Shown in pieces: positions 56,459-64,000 of a stretch of DNA of 64,000 nt (position 1 is the stretch's first letter; every line of letters begins with the position of its first letter). A program made the translations under genes and the position numbers. The notes below the pieces were generated by a model, which saw nothing but the letters and a program-made list of their open reading frames with translations, was not told where the DNA came from and ran no database searches. The DNA lies in the NCBI GenBank assembly GCA_045124495.1, contig JBGVLX010000051.1, forward strand, positions 5,502 to 69,501, in the 5' to 3' direction. The DNA is from Lachnospiraceae bacterium. GTDB taxonomy: Bacteria; Bacillota; Clostridia; Lachnospirales; Lachnospiraceae.

Positions 56459-57649
56459 CTAATCTAGTACCACGACATTTTTATAGTACCAGTTTATATT
56501 CCCGGTAATTGTCGCATCATCCAAAGTCTTTCCAGCCTCACCTATGATGTCACCTGTATTTGTTTCCAATTCTCCATCAAACACATTAAAGGTTCCGGAT
56601 AGAATCCTAGATACTTCTTCATTATATTTTTCCTGGGTTCCTTCTTTACAAAAACTTGCAAGATTCGTTACCTGCACAAGACTCTCTGTCATACCACCAA
56701 AATAATTCTCTCCGGTCCAGCTTCCGTCTATGACACTTTTCACCGCTGAAGTATAATATGCACTCCAATTCCAGATTACACTACACAAACAGGAATCCGG
56801 TGTTTCTTTGCTCATGTCCGAATTATAGCCTATTCCATAAACTCCATATTCCTGGGCTAAAGTTTGTGGAAATGCGGTATCACAGTGTTGCGTAATGACA
56901 TCACAATCCATATCTAATAATTTTCTGGCCGCATTTTCTTCTCCTGCCGGGTCATACCAGCTGTTTGTTATCTTTACATAAACCGTAGCATCCGGATTTA
57001 CCGTAGCCACCCCGATTGCGAAGGCATCAATTCCACCTGTCACCTCAGAGTTGGTATGATCCATGGCAGCAACATAACCTAATTTATTGGTTGTCGTATT
57101 TAATCCTGCCACAATTCCACTTAAATAACGTGCCTGATAGATTCTTCCGAAATAGTTATTAAAATTTTTACCATTAGACATATAACCTGTTCCATGTGAA
57201 AAATAGATATCCGGATATTCTTCTGCCATTTCACTAGTAGTTTCCATGTAACCCCAGCTGGTAGTAAAAATAACATTACAATCCGCGTCAATACACTCCT
57301 GAATTGCTTTTCTCGTACCTACCTGATCCGTGTCATCTACTATTTTTTTCACAATCTGCTCCTCAGAAAGCATCAAATTTTCCCGCATTCCTTCAATTCC
57401 CAAATCATGGGTATAGGAATATCCACTTCCTTCTGCCGGATCCGTAATATAGATTACTCCCACTTTTATGTCTTCTTTTGAAATTCCATTCTTCTGGCTA
57501 TCGCTTTGCTCCACGGTCTCATTCAAACTTTCATATCCATCGTTGACAGCAATATCATCCGGCTCTGAACTTTTTCCACATCCCGAAACCAATGTAGAAA
57601 GAAGTAGTGCCCCTGTCATTATTTTTGCAAATATACTTTTCTTTCTCAC
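56459..57649 (-). CDS. BMP-family (PnrA/Med-like) substrate-binding lipoprotein
   Basis: GTG start after GGAGGAGAAAGA. Lipobox LVSGC. The mature domain resembles basic membrane protein/nucleoside-binding SBPs. Confidence 0.8.
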   Translation of the reverse strand: MRKKSIFAKIMTGALLLSTLVSGCGKSSEPDDIAVNDGYESLNETVEQSDSQKNGISKEDIKVGVIYITDPAEGSGYSYTHDLGIEGMRENLMLSEEQIVKKIVDDTDQVGTRKAIQECIDADCNVIFTTSWGYMETTSEMAEEYPDIYFSHGTGYMSNGKNFNNYFGRIYQARYLSGIVAGLNTTTNKLGYVAAMDHTNSEVTGGIDAFAIGVATVNPDATVYVKITNSWYDPAGEENAARKLLDMDCDVITQHCDTAFPQTLAQEYGVYGIGYNSDMSKETPDSCLCSVIWNWSAYYTSAVKSVIDGSWTGENYFGGMTESLVQVTNLASFCKEGTQEKYNEEVSRILSGTFNVFDGELETNTGDIIGEAGKTLDDATITGNINWYYKNVVVLD

Positions 57650-57701
57650 TCTTTCTCCTCCACTTCATCCTTTGTTTTTCGTTTTCCTCATTAACTATTA
57701 C

Positions 57702-57710
57702 ATTATACCA
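57702..57710 (-). promoter_or_regulatory. Extended -10 promoter element (TGGTATAAT) for the BMP-MCP pair
   Basis: Minus sense TGGTATAAT, about 50 nt upstream of the GTG start. The -35 is poor. Confidence 0.4.
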
Positions 57711-57740
57711 CGACATCATGATGATTGGTAGAAAAAAAAA

Positions 57741-59174
57741 TTATTTTAAAACCTCCAACAGAAATTCCCATACACGTCTGGTAGAAGAAATCGATAATTT
57801 TTCCTGTGTTGTATGAATAGAAAAAATATCCGGTCCGATAGATACGCAGTCTAGTCCCTCTATTTTTCCTGCCAGAATGCCACATTCCAACCCTGCATGA
57901 ATAGCCTGGATTTTTGGAGCTTTTCCGTACATTTTTTCATAAATCATCACCATATTTTCCCTAAGTCTGGAATCTTTCTTATATTCCCATGCAGGATAAT
58001 CACCATGAAAATGAACTGTACCTCCAAATTGTCTTAAAATAAATTCCAGTTTCTGAAGCAGAAATTTTTTCGCAGTCCCTACCGAACTCCGGACGGAAAA
58101 TCGCAAAGATAGCCGGTCTTTTTCTAATCTCAATACTCCCAGATTCAATGAAGTTTCTACTAATCCCGAAATATTGGCACTCATGGTCTGAATTCCATTT
58201 GGCAATGTATTTAGTAAAGTAATTACCTTCCGGTTTATCTCCTCGTCTAAAACCTTTGTTGCTTTTTCTTTTACCGGCTTTAGGGTAACTTTAATATCCG
58301 GATCTGTAATGGCATACTCCTCTTTAATTGCTCTTTCCGAACACTTTACCGCTTTTTCAAAAGTGTCCATGTCTTTTACTACCACCTTTGCTGTGGTTTC
58401 CCTCGGAATGGCATTGTCCTTATTTCCACCTTCCAATTCTGCAATAAAAAACGGTGTTTTAGAAAAAACTTCCATCAAGACTCTTCCCATTAAAATATTA
58501 GAATTTCCTCTTCCCTTATCAATCTCGGCACCGGAATGCCCTCCGGTTAATCCTTCCACTACTAGTTCCACAGTTTCCCCATCCGGCTTTTTCCAAGTTA
58601 AAGGCAAAATACATTCCGCACTACAACCTCCGGCACACCCCACCAGGAAAATACCTTCTTCTTCCGAATCCAGATTAATGAGTCTTTTTCCTTTCAACAT
58701 AGAAAGATCAATACCGGTAGCTCCTTCCATTCCAACTTCTTCTGAAACGGTACAGACAAATTCAATTCTTGGATGCGAAATGGAATCAGAATCAAGAATC
58801 GCCAAAGCATATGCCAAAGCAATTCCATCATCCCCACCCAATGTGGTTCCCTTTGCACGAACATAATCTCCTTCCACTACTAAGGAAAGTCCATCTTTTT
58901 CAAAATCAATGTGATAGTCCGGTTCTTTTTCACAAACCATATCCATATGACCTTGAAGAATTACAGGTTCTACTTTTTCATATCCATTCGTTGGTTCTTT
59001 TATGATAATTACATTCTTTAGTTCATCCTGATAATATTCCAAACCTCTTTCCTTGGCAAATTCCACCAGATAATTACTTATCTTTTCTTCCTTATAAGAA
59101 GGGTGAGGAATACTACAAATTTCCTCAAAATAACGAAATACTTCCTTTGGCTCTAAATTTGATAAAATACCCAT
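57741..59174 (-). CDS. pepD: Aminoacyl-histidine dipeptidase (M20 family, PepD)
   Basis: MGILSNLEPKEVFRYFEEICSIPHPSYKE and LGGDDGIA are PepD-typical. The start ATG 59174 follows GATAGGAG. Confidence 0.9.
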   Translation of the reverse strand: MGILSNLEPKEVFRYFEEICSIPHPSYKEEKISNYLVEFAKERGLEYYQDELKNVIIIKEPTNGYEKVEPVILQGHMDMVCEKEPDYHIDFEKDGLSLVVEGDYVRAKGTTLGGDDGIALAYALAILDSDSISHPRIEFVCTVSEEVGMEGATGIDLSMLKGKRLINLDSEEEGIFLVGCAGGCSAECILPLTWKKPDGETVELVVEGLTGGHSGAEIDKGRGNSNILMGRVLMEVFSKTPFFIAELEGGNKDNAIPRETTAKVVVKDMDTFEKAVKCSERAIKEEYAITDPDIKVTLKPVKEKATKVLDEEINRKVITLLNTLPNGIQTMSANISGLVETSLNLGVLRLEKDRLSLRFSVRSSVGTAKKFLLQKLEFILRQFGGTVHFHGDYPAWEYKKDSRLRENMVMIYEKMYGKAPKIQAIHAGLECGILAGKIEGLDCVSIGPDIFSIHTTQEKLSISSTRRVWEFLLEVLK

Positions 59175-59193
59175 AAAAACAACTCCTATCACA

Positions 59194-59300
59194 TTTTTTA
59201 ATATCAGGCAATTGCGAAACTACTATCACTTTTTTAATGTCAGACAATTGCAAAACTATTACCATATTTTATAATATCAGGTAATTACGGAACTACTATC
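59194..59300. repeat. Family B element, three tandem units of about 36 bp
   Basis: Units at 59194-59229, 59230-59265 and 59266-59300. Minus-sense units read GATAGTAGTTYCGYAATTRCCTGATATTAWAAAA. A fourth partial unit (59176-59192) contains the pepD SD. Confidence 0.85.
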
Positions 59301-59313
59301 TTTAATTTGAAAA

Positions 59314-59349
59314 TGATTCAAAAGAATCGTATTTGTTTCTTTTGAATCA
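59314..59349 (-). terminator. Terminator after the OPT / PqqD-like genes
   Basis: TGATTCAAAAGAA / TTCTTTTGAATCA 13-bp stem with a 10-nt loop, then TTTTC in the minus sense. It forms the centre of a larger imperfect inverted repeat at 59281-59382. Confidence 0.7.
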
Positions 59350-59420
59350 CTTAAGCTAAGTTTTTGATATTTTCGTAATTACACATTGAATATTAGCATT
59401 GTTGCATTTCACAAAACTTT

Positions 59421-59771
59421 CTAGTTCTTAATCTTATTTACATACACAACAAAATGATTCTTGTGAAGAATTTTTATAAACAGAGATAATCTTTCATACA
59501 AAGGCTCCACTTTCGTTTCAAACTGCTCTTTTACTTTTTCACCAATTTCATAAATTGTTCGTTTTCCATCTATCTGTTCAAAGACAAAGGTTCCAAATTC
59601 ATCCAGTTCGATAAAGCTGTATTTTGGCTTCTTAAAAAAAATCTGTGCAATTTTATGAAAGAACCCTTTATTATAAACTTTTATCTCTATCTTTCCTTCT
59701 TCATTCTTCTCCCACTCAAATAATACATTCACTCTAGGAATAAAATCAAGATAATTTTCCTGTTTCTTCAC
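59421..59771 (-). CDS. PqqD-family (RiPP-recognition-element-like) protein
   Basis: 116 aa. FIELDEFGTFVFEQIDGKRTIYEIGEKVKEQF...LYERLSLFIKILHKNHFV matches the PqqD-family pattern (LnetgafIwelidGkrTveEI...). Confidence 0.6.
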   Translation of the reverse strand: MKKQENYLDFIPRVNVLFEWEKNEEGKIEIKVYNKGFFHKIAQIFFKKPKYSFIELDEFGTFVFEQIDGKRTIYEIGEKVKEQFETKVEPLYERLSLFIKILHKNHFVVYVNKIKN

Positions 59772-59847
59772 TTTTTCCTCCTTCCTGAACTGTTTACATA
59801 TGAGCTGTAGCGTTTTTTTGTGACAGCCTTGCGTTCCTTCTTTTTAT

Positions 59848-61770
59848 TTATTCAGATTCTACTTTTTTACCTTTTTTCTTCTTGTTTATGAATAGCATTA
59901 AGGAGCCACACAATAAGGCAAAAAATACCAATCCTCCAATATTACCAAAGTTAATACCAAATCGATCTTTTAAATTCATGGCATCTCCCAAATTACCTTC
60001 TTTCCATGGAATAATTGCAAAGACCGCCAGTAAAATACCAATCAACCCCTCTCCTGCAATCAAACCGGATGAATATAAGACACCATTTTCCACCTTTTCT
60101 TTTCTTTCTTCTTCGGAATTCGCTTTCTTCTTTTCAAAGAAATACCGAATCAATCCTCCTATCATCATAGGTGTACTTAAATGAATTGGAAGATAAAGTC
60201 CTACTGCAAAAGGAAGTACGGGAATTTTCAGGATTTCTACTACAATGGCAATACCAACACCGGCAAATACCAAAGTCCATGGTAAATCGCCACCCATAAC
60301 ACCTTCCACCACCATTTTCATCAATGTGGCCTGCGGAGCCGGAAGTTCTGTAGAACCATATCCCCATGCGGCATTTAATAAATAAAGTACACCACCAATA
60401 GCAATAGCAGAAGAAATAACACCAATCAACTCGCCAATCTGTTGTTTATATGGTGTGGAACCCAGAATATACCCAGTCTTTAAATCCTGGGAGGTATCTC
60501 CTGCAAGAGCCGCAATAATACAGATGACGGAACCCACTGCGATAGAGGCTACCATACCTTCCATACCAATATTTCCGGATGCCTTCAGTAAAATGGTGGC
60601 AATCAGTAAAGTTGCAATTGCCATACCAGACACCGGATTATTAGAACTCCCTACTAAACCTACCATACGGGAAGATACTGTGGCAAAGAAGAATCCAAAT
60701 ACAATAATAATGATTGCTCCAATTAAGTTTACGGGAATGGCAGGAATCAGCCACATGGCAATGGCCATAATGCCAATGCCCAGTATCACCAAATTCATGG
60801 GAATATCTCTTGCCAGACGGTCATCTGAATCCTTCTTTTTTCCGTACCCTTTTAAAGCCTGACCAAAAGTTCTTACAATTAATGGTAAGGATTTAATCAA
60901 ACTAATAATACCGCCTGCAGCTACTGCACCTGCACCGATGTACCGGACGTAATTTCTCCAGATTCCCCACGCCCCCAATGCTGAAACCGGTTCTGTAGCC
61001 GGATAAAGAATGGCATCTCCACCAAAAAGGGCAATCAATGGCATAATCACAAACCATGCAATCGTACCACCTGCCAGTAAGTAAGAAGAAACCTTTGCTC
61101 CACAGATATATCCTACACCTAATAAAGCCGGAAGTACATCGATTCCCACCCCGGATCCTTTATAACTTTTAATTTCAAAATCTACCTCACTTGGAAATAC
61201 TTTTAATCCATCTGCAATAAACTTATACACTGCTGCAATTCCAAGTCCGGCAAATACGGTTCCGGCCTTAGAACCACCTTCTTCTCCTGCCACTAAAACT
61301 TCAGCACAGGCCTGTCCTTCCGGATAGGGAAGTTTTCCATGTTCCTGAACGATTAAGGCGCTACGAAGGGGAATCATGAATAATATCCCCATCACTCCAC
61401 CAATCAAAGCAATCAATGCAATTTCTATCAAAGAAGGACTTAAGCCTCCTTCTTCGTTTGCCCACATAAAAAGAGCCGGCAAAGTAAAAATAGCACCTGC
61501 TGCAACAGATTCTCCAGCAGAACCAATGGTTTGCACAATATTATTTTCTAAAATGGAATCTCTTCGTAAAATAACGCGAATGATACCCATGGAAATAACT
61601 GCAGCCGGTATGGATGCCGAAACGGTCATTCCGACTCGTAAGCCTAAATAAGCATTGGCTCCACCAAATATTACAGCTAAAATGATTCCAAGAATAATGG
61701 AAACCGGAGTAAGTTCCGGTAACACTTTATCGGCCGGAATATATGGCTTAAACTCTTGTTCCTTGTTCAT
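59848..61770 (-). CDS. OPT-family oligopeptide transporter
   Basis: About 640-aa polytopic protein with the glycine-rich OPT pattern. The preferred start is ATG 61770, 8 nt after CAGGAGG. The track start 61809 is a TTG without an SD. Confidence 0.88.
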   Translation of the reverse strand: MNKEQEFKPYIPADKVLPELTPVSIILGIILAVIFGGANAYLGLRVGMTVSASIPAAVISMGIIRVILRRDSILENNIVQTIGSAGESVAAGAIFTLPALFMWANEEGGLSPSLIEIALIALIGGVMGILFMIPLRSALIVQEHGKLPYPEGQACAEVLVAGEEGGSKAGTVFAGLGIAAVYKFIADGLKVFPSEVDFEIKSYKGSGVGIDVLPALLGVGYICGAKVSSYLLAGGTIAWFVIMPLIALFGGDAILYPATEPVSALGAWGIWRNYVRYIGAGAVAAGGIISLIKSLPLIVRTFGQALKGYGKKKDSDDRLARDIPMNLVILGIGIMAIAMWLIPAIPVNLIGAIIIIVFGFFFATVSSRMVGLVGSSNNPVSGMAIATLLIATILLKASGNIGMEGMVASIAVGSVICIIAALAGDTSQDLKTGYILGSTPYKQQIGELIGVISSAIAIGGVLYLLNAAWGYGSTELPAPQATLMKMVVEGVMGGDLPWTLVFAGVGIAIVVEILKIPVLPFAVGLYLPIHLSTPMMIGGLIRYFFEKKKANSEEERKEKVENGVLYSSGLIAGEGLIGILLAVFAIIPWKEGNLGDAMNLKDRFGINFGNIGGLVFFALLCGSLMLFINKKKKGKKVESE

Positions 61771-61818
61771 TGTTTCATCCTCCTGATTATTATTATTAGT
61801 CTTGCTCAATCGGCTGTA

Positions 61819-61848
61819 ATTATACTAAAAAGACCAAGTTTATGTCAA
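61819..61848 (-). promoter_or_regulatory. Sigma-A promoter of the OPT gene, embedded in the upstream terminator
   Basis: Minus sense TTGACA (61848-61843), 18-nt spacer, TATAAT (61824-61819). Confidence 0.6.
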
Positions 61849-61871
61849 ATAACATAAATCTTGGTCTTTTT
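61827..61871. terminator. Terminator hairpin with A-run and T-run flanks (downstream of the C_GCAxxG_C_C gene)
   Basis: AAGACCAAG(T)TTATG ... CATAAA-TCTTGGTCTT: 9 + 6 bp with one bulged base, flanked by A5 and T5. Confidence 0.7.
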
Positions 61872-61993
61872 ACACTGAAACACTAGTATTTTACAGTTTT
61901 TCCTCTAATTCATTTCACTTTCTGGTATCAAATTGGTAAAAGTTACATCTTAATTTTTGCTTCCAATTTTTTCTTTTTCATCACCGGACATAT

Positions 61994-62016
61994 GTTTTTG
62001 ATGCTTTCGCAATTAC
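61994..62016. repeat. Family B arm copy abutting the stop codon of the C_GCAxxG_C_C gene
   Basis: Minus sense TAA-GTAATTGCGAAAGCATCAAAAAC, compared with GTAATTACGAAAATATCAAAAAC at 59382-59360. Confidence 0.65.
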
Positions 62017-62424
62017 TTATTCAAACAGTACCTGTTCCAAAATGGCAGCTGCATCTTTAATGCAATCCGGACAGGCCCGAAGCATCTTTCCTGTTTCCAC
62101 TCCCTTTAGGGTTTTACAAACTACAGACTGATTCTGCTCTTTAAAACGTCTTACAATTTCTCGCGAAAGTTTATAAGAATCAGCCTTACTGTCAGGATGT
62201 TCCAAATTTCCACTGCTTTGTTTCATCCCTGCAATTACACAAGCCCCTGTTATGGCACCGCAGGTTCCTTCCATGCCTCCCATACCGAGCCCTAATGCTT
62301 CTGTGAGCTTAAACATCGTCTCCTCGTCTACACCTACTAAATCGCAATAGGTACAGGCTATCGCCTGGGCACAATTATATCCTTTTTTATGTTTTAACAT
62401 AGTTTCTTCTACTCTCGTTTCCAA
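62017..62424 (-). CDS. C_GCAxxG_C_C family protein
   Basis: 135 aa. YNCAQAIA..., CGAITGA and C-terminal CKTL/CPDC cysteines fit the family name pattern. Confidence 0.85.
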   Translation of the reverse strand: METRVEETMLKHKKGYNCAQAIACTYCDLVGVDEETMFKLTEALGLGMGGMEGTCGAITGACVIAGMKQSSGNLEHPDSKADSYKLSREIVRRFKEQNQSVVCKTLKGVETGKMLRACPDCIKDAAAILEQVLFE

Positions 62425-62752
62425 TTTCCTACCTCCATTTTTTCCACATCCTGTAACGTGTCATCACTTTACGAACCAATTTGATTCTAACAAAGCCACA
62501 TAACAGTGTCAAGTTTTCAAAAAATTCTAACATTTTTCTTTCAATTCATAAAATTAACCACATTATTCCTTGATTTGTTTTATTTTTTTACGTATTGTTC
62601 TTTTATTTTCTTTATTTTATCTCATTCTTTTTTCATTTTAGAAATTTTTAAATTCTCATTATTTTTATGATTTTCTCTTTCCATTTTTTCTTTTTTCCTA
62701 TATAATAGTTCAAGAGTACTTTTCAAGTATATATATTTAGGAGGATAGACAA

Positions 62753-64000
62753 ATGCCAAAGCGTACAGACATTCAAAAAATACTTATTATCGGCTCAGGT
62801 CCTATCATTATCGGACAGGCTTGTGAATTTGATTATTCAGGAACACAGGCTTGTAAGGCACTGAGAAAGTTAGGTTATGAGATTGTATTGGTAAATTCCA
62901 ATCCAGCTACCATCATGACAGACCCTGAAACTGCCGACGCAACTTATATAGAGCCACTGAATGTGGAAAGATTAGAACAAATCATTGCAAAGGAAAGACC
63001 AGATGCAGTTCTTCCAAACCTTGGAGGTCAGTCAGGCTTAAACCTTTGTGCTGAACTTGCAAAAGAAGGTATCTTAGACAAATACAACGTAAAGGTGATT
63101 GGTGTTCAAATCGATGCCATCGAACGTGGAGAAGACCGCATTGAATTTAAGAAATCCATGGAAGCCATCGGTATTGAAATGGCACGAAGCGAAGTTGCTT
63201 ACACCGTTGATGAAGCACTTGCGATTGCAGATAAATTAGGCTATCCTGTAGTTCTTCGTCCTGCTTACACCATGGGAGGTGCCGGCGGCGGTCTTGTATA
63301 TAATAAGGAAGAATTAAAAACTGTATGTGCAAGAGGTCTTCAAGCCAGTCTTGTTGGTCAGGTACTTGTAGAAGAATCTATTCTCGGTTGGGAAGAATTA
63401 GAATTAGAAATCGTTCGTGATGCAGACAATAACATGATTACTGTTTGTTTCATTGAAAATATTGATCCACTTGGTGTTCATACCGGTGATTCCTTCTGTT
63501 CTGCTCCGATGCTTACCATCTCTGAAGATTGTCAAAAGAGACTTCAGGAACAGGCATATAAAATTGTTGAGTCCGTTCAGGTTATCGGTGGTACTAATGT
63601 TCAGTTTGCCCATGATCCTGTCAGTGACCGAATCGTTGTAATTGAAATTAACCCAAGAACTTCCCGTTCTTCTGCTCTTGCTTCGAAAGCAACTGGTTTC
63701 CCTATTGCATTGGTATCTGCTATGCTTGCTACCGGTCTTACTTTAAAAGACATTCCTTGTGGCAAATATGGCACATTAGATAAATATGTACCAGACGGAG
63801 ATTATGTCGTAATTAAATTCGCAAGATGGGCATTTGAAAAGTTCAAGGGTGTAGAAGATAAATTAGGTACTCAGATGCGTGCAGTTGGTGAAGTTATGAG
63901 TATCGGTAAAACTTATAAAGAAGCATTCCAAAAGGCAATCAGAAGTTTGGAAACCGGACGTTATGGCTTAGGTTATGCAAAAGATTATAACGAAAAATCC
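62753..64000 (+). CDS. carB: Carbamoyl-phosphate synthase large subunit; 3' end beyond the window
   Basis: Absent from the ORF track because it has no stop in the window. ATG 62753 follows AGGAGGA. MPKRTDIQKILIIGSGPIIIGQACEFDYSGTQACKALRKLGYEIVLVNSNPATIMTDPE is canonical CarB. Confidence 0.95.
   Translation, partial: MPKRTDIQKILIIGSGPIIIGQACEFDYSGTQACKALRKLGYEIVLVNSNPATIMTDPETADATYIEPLNVERLEQIIAKERPDAVLPNLGGQSGLNLCAELAKEGILDKYNVKVIGVQIDAIERGEDRIEFKKSMEAIGIEMARSEVAYTVDEALAIADKLGYPVVLRPAYTMGGAGGGLVYNKEELKTVCARGLQASLVGQVLVEESILGWEELELEIVRDADNNMITVCFIENIDPLGVHTGDSFCSAPMLTISEDCQKRLQEQAYKIVESVQVIGGTNVQFAHDPVSDRIVVIEINPRTSRSSALASKATGFPIALVSAMLATGLTLKDIPCGKYGTLDKYVPDGDYVVIKFARWAFEKFKGVEDKLGTQMRAVGEVMSIGKTYKEAFQKAIRSLETGRYGLGYAKDYNEKS

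Noticed and set aside
61771-61809. TTG start at 61809 for the OPT transporter
   Set aside because: No SD precedes it, and it would begin within 10 nt of the predicted -10 box. ATG 61770 has CAGGAGG at ideal spacing.
61935-61992. 13-codon ORF (MSGDEKEKIGSKN) on the minus strand downstream of the C_GCAxxG_C_C gene
   Set aside because: It has no convincing SD, is very short, and lies inside a 3' UTR between a stop codon and its terminator.

Overview
AT-rich chromosomal segment of a low-GC Firmicute. Spore-forming, chemotactic Clostridia, possibly Lachnospiraceae-like, is my inference from gene content and protein sequences. About 55 genes are packed tightly, mostly on the minus strand, and nearly all are housekeeping. 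Content includes gatCAB, a five-gene spoVA operon, a class A PBP, addAB with queF, mutY, and rpmG-secE-nusG-rplK-rplA. It also includes dpaAB with asnB, aspS behind a T-box leader, a long cdaA-cdaR-ptsH-citrate synthase-MCP-tcdA string, and a CNNM/HlyC-type transporter. Further genes are trxA, pepD, an OPT transporter and the 5' end of carB. I found no rRNA, tRNA, CRISPR array, transposase or prophage gene. Four things are not explained by standard annotation. (1) Two dispersed intergenic repeat families. Family A is a 26-nt palindrome, GTWACTGTTC-N6-GAACAGTWAC, two copies of which have flanking direct repeats. Family B has the core TTTCGYAATTRC and is triplicated upstream of pepD. (2) Two tandem-repeat arrays in promoter regions. 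(3) A short-ORF plus terminator leader upstream of the CNNM-family gene, and an aspS T-box whose specifier position reads AAC by my manual fold. (4) A three-gene string encoding a 52-aa membrane peptide, a 12-TM permease fused to a PlsC-type acyltransferase with a zinc ribbon, and a degenerate-GGDEF/EAL protein. All folds, motif calls and homology calls were made by eye from the sequence and ORF track. No database search was run.
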